Source: Candidatus Latescibacterota bacterium
GTDB lineage: Bacteria; Latescibacterota; UBA2968; UBA8231
Assembly (NCBI GenBank): GCA_965215195.1
Contig: CBDCDC010000002.1
Span: forward strand, 4,448,001 to 4,512,000
Direction of reading: 5' to 3'
Length of the DNA: 64,000 nt
How positions within the stretch are numbered: the stretch's first letter is position 1; every line of letters begins with the position of its first letter. The translations under genes were made by a program, and so were the position numbers. The notes under the pieces are model-generated. The model was not told the DNA's origin. It saw only the letters and a list, made by a program, of their open reading frames with translations, and searched no databases. Of the stretch, positions 18,757-29,441 are shown one piece after another.

Positions 18757-19365
18757 ATGACCAGATTCGCAGACCTCAGCGGGATTGTACTGGCGGCGGG
18801 GCGTTCCTCGCGGATGGAGGGTGCCAATAAGTTGCTGCTGCCTTGGGAAACGCAATGCGTCCTCCAAGTGGTGGTGGAGCGGATCTGCGAGGTCGGTTTG
18901 GGAGAGGTGGTCGTGGTGACCGGGCATCAGCGGGCAGAGGTAGAGAAAGCGTTGAGCCGCTATCCCGTGCGGCTGGTACACAACCCAGACTTTGCCGAGG
19001 GAATGGCCGCTTCTATCAGAGTGGGCGTGGAAGCGGCAGCCAGCGAGAAAGGGTATCTCTTTGCGCTGGGGGATATGCCGCAGGTCGTTGGTAAGACGAT
19101 GCTAAAGGTCGCCGAGGCGTTAAAAAGTAGCGAGACTATCGCCGTGCCGGTGTGCGACGGGCGACGCGGCCATCCGGTAGCTATCGGCAGTGCCTATCGA
19201 GATGCCTTGCTCGCGTTGAAGGGCGATCGGGGTGCGCGGCCGATCTTGGCAAAAAACGCAGCCCATGTCGTGGAAGTGCCCGTGGAGGACGAGGGCATTT
19301 TCGTGGATGTGGATACGCGGGAAAGCTATGGGGCGACGCGGGCCGCATGGCAAAAGTTGGCGTAA
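18757..19365 (+). CDS. mocA: Molybdenum cofactor cytidylyltransferase (MocA-like)
   Basis: IVLAAGRSSRM..NKLLL, LGDMP, RGHPV, GDRGAR and DVDT; divergent from the cox operon. Confidence 0.85.
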   Translation: MTRFADLSGIVLAAGRSSRMEGANKLLLPWETQCVLQVVVERICEVGLGEVVVVTGHQRAEVEKALSRYPVRLVHNPDFAEGMAASIRVGVEAAASEKGYLFALGDMPQVVGKTMLKVAEALKSSETIAVPVCDGRRGHPVAIGSAYRDALLALKGDRGARPILAKNAAHVVEVPVEDEGIFVDVDTRESYGATRAAWQKLA

Positions 19366-19501
19366 GGGATGCGGGAACAGAAGCATCGACATAGTTTTGA
19401 GTCGGCTAGCGGACCTAATTACAATCCATTGACGCCCAACAATAGGCTGTCTCATGCAATACAAGACCTCGCCGAAACTGTTGCTCAAGGAGAACCGCAT
19501 T

Positions 19502-20761
19502 ATGAAGACCGTACACTCCATACGGAAGACGTCGCTCAACAGCCGCACCCTGCTCATCGCCAGCATCCTCGCCCTCACCGTTAAACCAGCCGACGCTGGG
19601 CTGTGGGACAACATCAAGGAGAGTGTCAAATCATGGTACGCGGATGATAGCTCAGAAGCATCCGATGAGCCGACCATCCCTCAAACGCCCGTCGAGTATG
19701 CTGGCCACGTTGACCTGATTTTGAAAGAGCAAATCGAACTAGCTTTTGACGAAAATACCCCCGGTATCGGTAATGTGGGTTGGATGGGATTCTCGCCAGA
19801 AGGCACCCTGCTACTCACGGATTTCATCGGTAATCAAGCCGTTGAGTTCAGCCGTACCGACGGGCAATACATCCGATCCTTTGGGCGGGCGGGAAGTGGT
19901 CCGGGCGAATATGTCAGGCCTATGAGTATGGACATAGATCCCCAAGGTCAACTTTATATTCTCGATCCGGGACTCGGGTACTTACTCCGCTATGATCGGC
20001 AAGGGCAATACTTAGACCAGACTCCCCGCTTTTCTAAGGGGTCTCGGATCGCAACCGGGCGAGCCGGCGAAGTGTTCCTTATTAGGGCGAAAGGGACGTC
20101 TAGTGGCCATATTATGGAATTGCAGCGGCTTGACCCAGCAACCTACGAACCGATCTATCGCATTCCATTGTCCTCTAGCCAACAGTCTCTCCTCTCTAGA
20201 CGCATGTTCGGCTATGCCCGTTTGGACTACAGTCCGACGCGGCATCGTTTGTATTACATGGGACCTAATGACTACAAAGTCACAGAAATCGACGCGGACA
20301 CTGGTCGGCTGGTGCGTCAGTTTGGCTATCAGCTAGAGCGGTATGATTCCTTGCCGGAGCGCTACTACAACTTAAAGGGTGGAACCATCGAAGACATGAG
20401 TAAATTAGACCATGAAATGAGTTACGTGATGGCTATGGTTCTCGTGGCGGACCGGTATGTGTTTGTTGTCTACCAGCACCCCTCCATCTTCGATGACTTA
20501 GCCAGACGCGCACTCAAATGGGAAGGAATCGTCTATGACCTAAAGACTCCAGATCTGATCAAAGCCTATGCGTTTGAAGAGCCCATTCCATCATATCCCG
20601 ACCCTGTGGACAGCAGCAAAGTTCGTTATATGTCTATCCCCGGAAACGACCTCACTCATTGGGATGGTCGTCTATATAACTATCAATCGCCACCACCAGA
20701 GAGAGCCGAACATTCCAACGGCACGGTGAGGGTCTATGAATCCGTCTTTCGTTCCCAGTAA
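19502..20761 (+). CDS. Secreted 6-bladed beta-propeller (NHL-like) protein
   Basis: Signal peptide and FGRAGSGPGEY..PMSMDID..GQLYILD NHL repeat; directly upstream of the RND operon. Confidence 0.8.
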   Translation: MKTVHSIRKTSLNSRTLLIASILALTVKPADAGLWDNIKESVKSWYADDSSEASDEPTIPQTPVEYAGHVDLILKEQIELAFDENTPGIGNVGWMGFSPEGTLLLTDFIGNQAVEFSRTDGQYIRSFGRAGSGPGEYVRPMSMDIDPQGQLYILDPGLGYLLRYDRQGQYLDQTPRFSKGSRIATGRAGEVFLIRAKGTSSGHIMELQRLDPATYEPIYRIPLSSSQQSLLSRRMFGYARLDYSPTRHRLYYMGPNDYKVTEIDADTGRLVRQFGYQLERYDSLPERYYNLKGGTIEDMSKLDHEMSYVMAMVLVADRYVFVVYQHPSIFDDLARRALKWEGIVYDLKTPDLIKAYAFEEPIPSYPDPVDSSKVRYMSIPGNDLTHWDGRLYNYQSPPPERAEHSNGTVRVYESVFRSQ

Positions 20762-20881
20762 ATCATCCTTGCACGAATCAACGGAACGTCCTAGAGGCTC
20801 TAGCCGCTCACTCTCAAACCTCGAGCAGATCGTAAAATGGAGCGTTGATCCTGTCCACGGCAAAGATCACGAGCATACAAA

Positions 20882-22048
20882 ATGACGACATTAAAAAAGC
20901 TACTATACATCGCTCTCGCACTTGGGTTACTCGTCCTATTATTTGCGATTTTCAGCGATTCCACGCCGTCGCAAAATCCCCGCCACGAATCCCTCGAAAC
21001 CCTCCCTGAACTCGAACCACCCAACACCCCAGTCGCCATAGAGACGATCCAGCATCGCGACCTCGTTCAAAAAATTATCTCAACGGGCGTCTTTAAGGCC
21101 AAAATGGAGACTGCCATCGTCCCCCAAGTAGCGGGCCAAGTGCGCCGCCTCAACGTCGAGGAAAGCCGCTTTGTCAGCAAAGGCGACACCATCTTGGAAT
21201 TGGACGCGGAACGCTATACTATCGCTTATCTACAGGCAAAAGACCAAATGACGCGGGCACTGCGGGAATACGCCTCCATAGCCTTATTGAGCAACCAACT
21301 GGACCGCGGGCACCAAGCACGCGACCTCATCGAGACCAAAGCCGATAGCACCAACATCAACGATGTAGAAGCTCTATCGCTGTTTGCCAACGGCACCCCC
21401 AAAGAATGGATCGCCAGCACTACGGGCTTGACTCGCGCTCGACTCAACCTGAAACAAGCCGAACTCGACCTCAAAAACGCAGTTATTACAGCGCCCTTTG
21501 CCGGCGTCGTAACCGAAGTGGAAGTAACCTCTAACACCTGGGTCACCCAAGGACAGACCCTGATGCAGCTTTTGGCGCTCAACCCGCTGCTGCTTGAAGT
21601 CAGCATTCTCGAAAGCGAACTGCGCTTACTACACATCGGCGCTCAGGCAGCCATCGCGCTCCACGCGTACCCCGACGACCAGTTTGCGGGCGCGGTCAAA
21701 GCCATCAGTCCGGTAGTCGATAGCGAAAGCGGAACTTGCCGCATCTTGATCCAAATGGATAACCCCGGTCAGCGCATCAAACCCGGCATGTTCGCCCGGC
21801 TCGAAATCGGCGTCAAATCCTTTCAGCAGCGGCTGCTCATCCCACGCGACGCGCTCCTCATCCGCGATGACCGCAAGCTAGTGTTCGTCCACCAAGACGG
21901 GCTAGCCCAATGGCGCTACGTGAAGACCGGCCTCGAAAACGACGACTTTATCGAGATTACCGAAGGGTTAGAAGCCGGCGAAGAACTCATCGTATCCGGG
22001 CACTACAACCTAGCCCACGAAGCCAAAGTCGTGGTCGTCCAGCGCTGA
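20882..22048 (+). CDS. RND efflux membrane-fusion (periplasmic adaptor) protein
   Basis: N-terminal TM helix, ITAPFAGVV lipoyl motif, IKPGMFAR and VEI/TEGL-type C-terminus. Confidence 0.93.
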   Translation: MTTLKKLLYIALALGLLVLLFAIFSDSTPSQNPRHESLETLPELEPPNTPVAIETIQHRDLVQKIISTGVFKAKMETAIVPQVAGQVRRLNVEESRFVSKGDTILELDAERYTIAYLQAKDQMTRALREYASIALLSNQLDRGHQARDLIETKADSTNINDVEALSLFANGTPKEWIASTTGLTRARLNLKQAELDLKNAVITAPFAGVVTEVEVTSNTWVTQGQTLMQLLALNPLLLEVSILESELRLLHIGAQAAIALHAYPDDQFAGAVKAISPVVDSESGTCRILIQMDNPGQRIKPGMFARLEIGVKSFQQRLLIPRDALLIRDDRKLVFVHQDGLAQWRYVKTGLENDDFIEITEGLEAGEELIVSGHYNLAHEAKVVVVQR

Positions 22049-22060
22049 GAGGAGCGGCCT

Positions 22061-24894
22061 GTGCGTATCGTGCGCTTTGCCGTCTATCGGCCCGTAGCCA
22101 CTACCGTTTGCTTTCTCGCCGCGCTCCTCTTGGGTTCGTACTCCCTCTTCCGGCTAAGCGTAGATTTCCTCCCCGACCTCGACATTCCTCGGCTCATCGT
22201 CCGCACGGATGCCCCCAGCCTAAGTGCCCTCGACGTAGAAGAACACGTCACCCGTCCCATTGAGTCGTCTCTCAGTGCCATCAGCGGCGTCCGGCGGCTC
22301 AAGTCCATTTCGCAAGACGGCATCTCTTTTGTGGAGGTTGAGTTCAACTGGGGCAGCGACATGGACCTCAGCTTCATCAAGGCGCGCAGCAGCCTCGACC
22401 AAGGCCATCTGTCGCAAACGGCCGGCCGCCCTACCATTTTGCGCTTCGACCCCTCGGCCGCCCCCATTATGACGCTTGTGGTCACCAGTGATCGGGTCCA
22501 ACAGCCCCGCTCCACGCGAGATTACCAAGCGGCCCTCGTGGAGCTGAAGGAAGTGGCGCAGGCGGTAGTCAAACGCCGGCTGGAGCAGATCGATGGCGTG
22601 GCTTACGTGCAGGTCGCCGGCGGGCTAGACCGCGAAATTCAAATCCATCTCGACGCCGAGAAAAGCAGGCGCTACAACATCGACTTTGCCGAGGTGGAAA
22701 ACAGCCTCAAACAGTTTAACATAACCCATTCCGGCGGCTCAATCCGCGACGGTTTTGCCCAGTTCCCTCTGCGCATCCAAGCCGAGTTCACCGACGTGCA
22801 ACAAATCCGCCAAGTCCCGGTGCAACTAACGCCCAAACTAATCCGCTTACAGGACGTGGCCCGCGTCGAAGACGGCTATGCAGAACGCACCGGCTACACC
22901 CGCTTGAACGGACACGAAGTCATCACCCTGTATGTTTTTAAGGAGGCCGGTGCCAATACTGTGGAAGCCTCCGAAAAAGTGTACGACAGCCTCTACCGCT
23001 TTTCGCAAGAGTACGCGGACTTCGCCGTAGTGCCGGTCTTCGACCAAGCCGAGTTCATCAGTGAATCTATACACAATGTCCTCCAATCCTTGTACTTGGG
23101 CGGCCTCTTTGCCTTTGTCATCCTCATTTACTTCCTCCGCGATCTTAAGAACCCGCTTATCGTAGGGCTATCCATACCTATTTCCATTATTACCACCTTT
23201 ATCTGCATGTACTTCCTCGACATCCACTTTAACATTGTGTCGTTGGGGGGCCTCGCGTTGGGCATCGGCATCTTAGTCGACAACTCAATCGTCGTGCTAG
23301 AAAACATTTATCGCTACCGCGAAATGTCGCACGAGCCGGGCGCAGCAGCGGTCCGCGGCACCCGCGAGGTGGGCTTGGCCATCACAGCCTCGACCCTTAC
23401 AACCATGTCGGTTTTCATGCCCTTAGTGTATGTCAAGGGAATCGCTGGGGCACTCTTTTACGAGCAGGCCGTCACCATCTCCCTCGCGTTGGCAGCCTCT
23501 TTAATCGTGTCCATCATGCTACTGCCGATGCTGTCGGCTCGGTCTTGGGATGCGCCTAATACATCGGGGCAACTCTACCGCATCGGGCGCGTAGCGGCCA
23601 CCCCTTTCCTCCTCACCATCGACCTCTTTCAATACCTGTTCAACAAGTTTTTTTTGCTATACGAGTACGGCCTCGTCCGCGCCCTGCGTCATCGCTGGGA
23701 GGTAGCCGGAGCGCTGTTTGTCCTGCTTGCCCTGAGTACCTATCTGGCCACCGGCCTAGAGCGGGAGCTCATACCCACCGTCGATAGGAAGCATTTAGTC
23801 CTCCGCTTTTTCAGCAGCACCAGACCCCATTCGATCTGAAAATCATCGGGCCGCAGCTAAGTGTCCTCGCTGATTTGAGCCAGCAGGTCACAGATTTTAT
23901 GCAGCAGGACGCGGGCTTTGCCAACGCCCGCGCCAACTTGCAAGCCAGCAAGCAGGTATTCAATGTCGAGATCCAACGGGAAGCGGCCCTCCAGTACGGC
24001 ATCCGCCTCGCCGAACTCGCCGACTTTATCAATCGCCAGCTACAAGGCACTACGCCCACCCAATTCGTCGATTTTGCCGATCGCATAGATATCAAAGTGT
24101 TAGCCGAGCACCGCGATGAACTCGACTTGTGGCGCGTCCTCAACATGCAGTACCCGGTCGGGACGCCGGAGCACCTCGTTTCCGTCCCGCTCTCCGAGTT
24201 GGTTCGCCTCAAACCGAGCGAGGGCTACGAAGCCATCCACCGCGAGAATCAAGCGCGCACCGTCGCCGTCACGGCCGCCTTACAGGGCCTCGACTTTGCC
24301 CAAGCCGAGGCGCGGCTAAGCGAATTTCTGTCCGCGGTATCCATCCCCGACGGGTACTGGATCGAGATCGGCACTCAGCACGCCGAGTTGCAGGAACACT
24401 ATCAAAACCTGTACCTCATTCTCTTTATCTCCATCGTATTGGTCTATTTCATTCTCGCCGCCCAGTTTGAGTCCCTCGCCGTTCCTTTTGTAATCGTCGT
24501 AGCCGTGCCCCTCGCGTCTATAGGCGTCATCTGCACCCTGTGGCTAACAGGCAATACGCTAAACATCATGTCCTTGTTGGGCTGTATCGTCCTCGTGGGA
24601 ATTGTGGTGAACGATTCTATCGTCAAAACCGACTTTATCCACCGCCACTACCGGGCCAGCGGCGACCTTAGTCAAGCCATTGTGGAGGCCGGGCAAAAGC
24701 GGTTCCGCCCCATCTGTATGACGACCCTGACCACGGTCTGCGGCCTGTTGCCCATGGCCTTATCTAGCGGCAGCGGTGCCGAGTTGCGTCGTCCCTTGGC
24801 GTGGGCGGTTGTTGGCGGCATCTCTCTATCAACCCTATTGATCCTGATCGCCGTTCCCATCCTCTACGCGGTCGTTGCACGGGCGAAAGACTGA
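22061..24894 (+). pseudogene. AcrB/AcrD/AcrF RND permease, frameshifted with an internal deletion near 23810
   Basis: N-terminal half (22061-23839; GILVDNSIVVLENI) and C-terminal half (reads on from FQQHQTPFDLKIIG; GIVVNDSIV, RFRPICMT) lie in different frames. The total is about 100 aa shorter than typical. Confidence 0.8.
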
Positions 24895-24895
24895 C

Positions 24896-27800
24896 ATGCA
24901 CAAGCTGCTGGACAGGCCCGTGGCCGTGGGCGTAGCCAGCGTGGCGGTGATGGCGTTGGGGTTGGTTTGTTTTCGGTTGGTCCCTATTGACATCGGCGGC
25001 CAGCTAGACGCGCCGCGGCTCACTGTGAGCGTTGGCTGGCCCGGCGTTTCGGCTTTCACCATTGAATCGCAGATTACCTCTCCCTTAGAGTCGCTTGTGC
25101 AGAGTCTGGGGGGCGTAGTCCTGCTGAGCTCCACTAGTTCCAAAGGACATGCGTATATCACCGCTGAATTCGCCCCCGACGCGGATATACAACTAGCCGA
25201 GCTAGCGCTAGCCGAAAAGATCTATTCATTCCGCCGCCAAATGCCGCTTGGTGCTTCGCCGCCCCGCGTTCAGCACACTGATCCCGACCAGCTAAACAAC
25301 CCGAATTTCGTCCGTTTAATGCTGCTTGGCCGCGAAGACCCCGCTGTCCTGCGCCAATATGCAGACGACCGCTTGCGGCTACCCTTGCAATCCGTGCCGG
25401 GCGTTGAGCAGGTGACCGTGCTCGGCGGTGCCCAACAGCACATCCTCCTCGAAGTAAACCAGCTCCGAACACAGCGCTGGCAAATCGACCAAGGGATGCT
25501 GAGCCAAGCGCTAGCCGCCCAAGGCATACAGACCCGTTTCCTCGGCGCAGCGCAAAGCCAAGGCGCACTCAGCAGCATCCAGCTTCACGGCAACCTCGCG
25601 GACTTGGAGACCCTCGAGCAAGTGCCGCTCAAGCGGCTGGCGCACGGCCGCTTCATTTACCTAAAGGATGTGGCGACCGTGCGCTACCGGCCCGGCCCTC
25701 CTTTGTCGCTCTACCGGATCAACGGGCGCAACGCAATTGCCATCCAATTCGCAAAAACGCCCGGTAGCGACATGATCCACACTTCCCAGCAGATCCGGGA
25801 GAGGGTGGCCGAACTCTCCCAGCAGCTACCCGAGGGCTTTGAGATCGTCGCGCTACGCGACAAGGGGGCCGAGATAGAGCAGGACTTTCGCTTTCTGCTG
25901 CGCTGGTCGGCGTTTTCCATTGCCTTTATTGCGTTGGTGCTGGTCGGCGTTTTCCGGCACTTCCAAACGGTCTTGCTCATTTTAAGCTCTATATGGCTCT
26001 CCGTCTTGGGGGCGGTCGTGGTGTTCTTCGCCCTCGGCATTCACCTAAACCTCGCTACCCTCGCCGGTTTCACCATCGGTTTTGGCCTGATTGTAGATAA
26101 CGCCATTGTCATCTACGAGTACCTCCACCGCCGCGTCCAATCCCTCGCGCCCGGCGGCGATGTGCGCGCAGCCGTGGTCGCGGGGTTGCGCGAAGTGGTT
26201 CATCCCATCGTCGTGTCTAACCTGACCACCTTGGGGGCTTTTCTACCAGTCTTTTTCCTGTCCCGAGAATTACAGGGCTATTTCGAGCCGTTTGTAGTGG
26301 CCCTAGGGCTGACGCTCGCGATGGCCCTCCTAGTCGCCCTCACCCTGATCCCGACCTTCTTCTACTGGACGGTTGCGAGGTCGGCCTTCGCCCCGGCTGC
26401 ATCCACCGAGCGCTTCTACCGCTTGTATCGCGCGGTCCTCTCGTTGTGCGTCCGCCGCAAAAAAATGTTCCTCGGTTTGGTCTTGTGGACTGTGGGCGTA
26501 CCGCTGTGGTTGCTGCCGGACGAGCTAGGCCGCGAGCGGGTCGTGCAGGCCACTGACACAATCACTACGCGGCATCAGTACAAAGCCTGGCTCGCGACGA
26601 GAGACACCACCACTTCGTCTAGCTTGTTCGCGTCCAAACGCTCGCCAGAGGCTCCCCCGCTCTGGGATCGGCTCTACGCGGGGGGAGCCGATTTCTACAA
26701 TCAAACGTGGGGCAACCCGGTAGTGGGTGCGATCAAGCCGGTGCTCTTCAAAGCATTTGGTGGGGCCACGTATTTTTTGTTTAGCGACCTATCGCACCGG
26801 CTCGACCAGCGGCCTCCCCGGTACATTCTCCAAGAACTCTCAGAAGGCTTTTCCCTGATCGTCTCTCTCCGAATATCCTACAACGCCCACATAAGCCAAC
26901 TGGACAAAATTTTGCGGGAGGTGGAAAAACAATTGCTCAACTTTGCGCCGTATATCGAGGGCATCATCGCCCAAAGTACGGGCCGGTACGGGCTTATTCA
27001 GGTGCTGCTCAAGGAAGAGTACCGCACCTCGGATATACCCTACATCCTCTACGAGCGTCTAGTGGCCTACGAGGGCAACCTCGGCGGCGTGGGAATGTCG
27101 GTATATGCCAAGGGACTGGAAGGGATCGGCAAGCCTTCAGTCGGGAGCCGCAGCGTCTCCAACCAGCTTAGTATTCACGGCTTCAACTTTGGGCAGGTAG
27201 GCAACATTGCCGAAGACATAGCCGAGCAGCTAAGGCAGCGGCGCTCGCGGCGGATTAAGGACATTCACCTCGACTTTGTCTACGGCCCATTCCAGCACGA
27301 AATAGTGGCCCAGTTCGACCATGGCAAAACCGCGCCTCTCGGCCTAGGGCACGCCGATATTGTTCATGAGATCCAAGATCGGCTCGCCGTTGGTACTGCT
27401 CTTGCATACGTCTATATGGACGGGCAACAATACGCCGTAAGCGTCGCCGACACCGGCGCCAGTCGCATGACCATCCGCCGCCTCCGTCAAGTCGCTTTGG
27501 ATGCACACCCAGCGCGCCTAGGGCACGTTGCCCACATTCAGAAACGAGCCGTGCCGCCCAGCATAAAACGCGAAGACCAACGCTACATCCGCACCATTGG
27601 ATTCACGGTTTTGGGAAGCCACTCTTATTCCAACAGCATCCTACAAGACATCGTCGACCACACGCCCCTGCCGTACGGGTATAGCCTTTCCAATCCCATG
27701 ATATACGAGATAGACAAAAAGGAGCGACAGGAGCTGGGAGGCATCGTGCTTTTGGCGGTTCTCTTGGTCTGGATGATCGCCGCCGCGCTTTTTGAGTCTT

Positions 27801-28222
27801 GGACCCGGCCGCTATTGGTGCTCATTGCCCTGCCCCTCGCGCTCATAGGGATGGGTGCGGCGTACTTCCTGTCCGATGCCCCTTTTAACCAAGGCGGCTA
27901 TGCGGCCTTGTTGTTGTTGATGGGCATTGCCGTCAACAATTCTATCCTGCTCGTGTACACCATCTTCAACACGCTGAAGCGGCAGCCGGCCGATCCCACC
28001 GAGGCGATTGCCAACGCGGCCTTCCAACGCTTGCGCCCCATTTTCATCACCACCCTTACGACAATCGCCGGGTTTCTGCCCATGTTGCTGCAAGGTGAAA
28101 AAACCGACTTCTGGTACACCTTGGCCTTGGGGACCTCAGGCGGCTTGGCGTCCTCCTCAGTGTTACTGGTATTGGTGGTGCCGCTATGTGCGATTTGGCT
28201 TGCGACGGCCCAACAAAAGTAG
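24896..28222 (+). CDS. AcrB/AcrD/AcrF RND permease (second subunit)
   Basis: GLIVDNAIVIYE, GIAVNNSILL and RLRPIFITTLTT. Confidence 0.92.
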   Translation: MHKLLDRPVAVGVASVAVMALGLVCFRLVPIDIGGQLDAPRLTVSVGWPGVSAFTIESQITSPLESLVQSLGGVVLLSSTSSKGHAYITAEFAPDADIQLAELALAEKIYSFRRQMPLGASPPRVQHTDPDQLNNPNFVRLMLLGREDPAVLRQYADDRLRLPLQSVPGVEQVTVLGGAQQHILLEVNQLRTQRWQIDQGMLSQALAAQGIQTRFLGAAQSQGALSSIQLHGNLADLETLEQVPLKRLAHGRFIYLKDVATVRYRPGPPLSLYRINGRNAIAIQFAKTPGSDMIHTSQQIRERVAELSQQLPEGFEIVALRDKGAEIEQDFRFLLRWSAFSIAFIALVLVGVFRHFQTVLLILSSIWLSVLGAVVVFFALGIHLNLATLAGFTIGFGLIVDNAIVIYEYLHRRVQSLAPGGDVRAAVVAGLREVVHPIVVSNLTTLGAFLPVFFLSRELQGYFEPFVVALGLTLAMALLVALTLIPTFFYWTVARSAFAPAASTERFYRLYRAVLSLCVRRKKMFLGLVLWTVGVPLWLLPDELGRERVVQATDTITTRHQYKAWLATRDTTTSSSLFASKRSPEAPPLWDRLYAGGADFYNQTWGNPVVGAIKPVLFKAFGGATYFLFSDLSHRLDQRPPRYILQELSEGFSLIVSLRISYNAHISQLDKILREVEKQLLNFAPYIEGIIAQSTGRYGLIQVLLKEEYRTSDIPYILYERLVAYEGNLGGVGMSVYAKGLEGIGKPSVGSRSVSNQLSIHGFNFGQVGNIAEDIAEQLRQRRSRRIKDIHLDFVYGPFQHEIVAQFDHGKTAPLGLGHADIVHEIQDRLAVGTALAYVYMDGQQYAVSVADTGASRMTIRRLRQVALDAHPARLGHVAHIQKRAVPPSIKREDQRYIRTIGFTVLGSHSYSNSILQDIVDHTPLPYGYSLSNPMIYEIDKKERQELGGIVLLAVLLVWMIAAALFESWTRPLLVLIALPLALIGMGAAYFLSDAPFNQGGYAALLLLMGIAVNNSILLVYTIFNTLKRQPADPTEAIANAAFQRLRPIFITTLTTIAGFLPMLLQGEKTDFWYTLALGTSGGLASSSVLLVLVVPLCAIWLATAQQK

Positions 28223-28337
28223 AGACGAGCGGAGTGAGCTATTCCTTTATTCCGCCTGTATCATAGGAAAGGTACAAGGCGCGGGGTAAGAGGGAGGGAG
28301 ATACCGAGTGGGACAGCAAAGAACAATCCCGCCTCTA

Positions 28338-29351
28338 CTAGGCCTGCTCGACGAAGGTGATCCACAGCGGACTTTCGCCTACTTTGTGTTGCTCCAAGGG
28401 CGTCAGTGCCCCACTAGCCGCGTCAATGCGGTACGAGGTCAGCCGCCCCGATCCCTGTCCAACCGCGTAGGCGAAGCGGCCGCTCGGATCCAGCTCAAAA
28501 AAGCGCGGCGTGGCCTCAGTGGGATAGTGTCCTTGGGCCGTCAGCCGCCCATCGTCGCCAATGGCAAAGAGGGCCAAGGAATCGTGGCCGCGATTGGACC
28601 CGTAGAGAAACTGGCCGTCGGGCGCGATCTTTATTTCGGCCGTGGTGTTGTCCTCGCGGTCAAACCCCTCCGGCAAGGTCGAAATAACCTGAAACGGCGA
28701 CAGGGTCCCGGCCTGCGGGTCGAAGCGATGGGCCGAAATCGTGCTGCCGTTTTCGTTGACCGCATAGAGCAGGTCTCGGGTCGGGTGGAAGGCAAAGTGC
28801 CGCGGGCCTTCGGGCGTGGCCGGTTGTATCTTGGGCGGGTCGTTGGGCGTCAGCCGCCCGGTTTGCTCGTCAAAGCGAAACTGAAAGATGGCGTTGGCCG
28901 GATTGGTGTGCGGCACAAAGGCAAAGCGATTCGAGCGGTCGGTTTGGATGCTGTGGGCGTGTACTGCGGTGGAAAGCATTTGCAGTGGCTGGGCCGAGAG
29001 TGCTCCGTCCGCAGCCACGCGGTGAACGCCGACCTGACCCGACCCATAATAAGACGACAATAAAAAGACACCGGTATGGTCCAAAAATAAATAGGGCGGG
29101 CCTTCTTCTAAGCTCGTCTCCGCCCGCTTGACCAGCGCCCCCTCCCCCCGATTGACCGCATAGCTAGCCAGTTTTTGGGCCGAGCGCAGGGCCACGAATA
29201 GCTGGGTCCCGTCTGGGCGCGTGGCCACCGCCCCCGGGGAGTCCTCCAACTCGATATTGGGCTGCGGCTCTAACGCGCCGCTGGCTTCGTCCATCAGGAA
29301 ATGCGATAAAAAGTTGCTGCCCGCGTTTGAAACATATATGTGATACGCCAT
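28338..29351 (-). CDS. pgl: Lactonase family protein (6-phosphogluconolactonase, beta-propeller)
   Basis: HAHSI, GPRHFAFHP, YGSNRGHDS and TPRFFEL. Confidence 0.88.
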   Translation of the reverse strand: MAYHIYVSNAGSNFLSHFLMDEASGALEPQPNIELEDSPGAVATRPDGTQLFVALRSAQKLASYAVNRGEGALVKRAETSLEEGPPYLFLDHTGVFLLSSYYGSGQVGVHRVAADGALSAQPLQMLSTAVHAHSIQTDRSNRFAFVPHTNPANAIFQFRFDEQTGRLTPNDPPKIQPATPEGPRHFAFHPTRDLLYAVNENGSTISAHRFDPQAGTLSPFQVISTLPEGFDREDNTTAEIKIAPDGQFLYGSNRGHDSLALFAIGDDGRLTAQGHYPTEATPRFFELDPSGRFAYAVGQGSGRLTSYRIDAASGALTPLEQHKVGESPLWITFVEQA

Positions 29352-29388
29352 GGAAATCTCCTCCTTTTCACCGCGCCTGTCCTGCCGA

Positions 29389-29414
29389 CTTCACCGCGCC
29401 TTTAGGCGGGACAA
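29389..29414. repeat. 26-bp dispersed mini-repeat
   Basis: CTTCACCGCGCCTTTAGGCGGGACAA; its reverse complement occurs at 40034-40059 with one mismatch. Here it is flanked by CCTGCC/GGCAGG. Confidence 0.75.
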
Positions 29415-29441
29415 GGCAGGGTGCAGAGGCGCGACAAGGTG

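Noticed and set aside
19366-19453. Possible gene tail NRSIDIVLSRLADLITIH*
   Set aside because: Too short to assign to any family by eye.
23790-23875. Programmed frameshift or naturally split RND
   Set aside because: About 100 aa of a periplasmic subdomain is missing at the junction, which fits a deletion or misassembly better.
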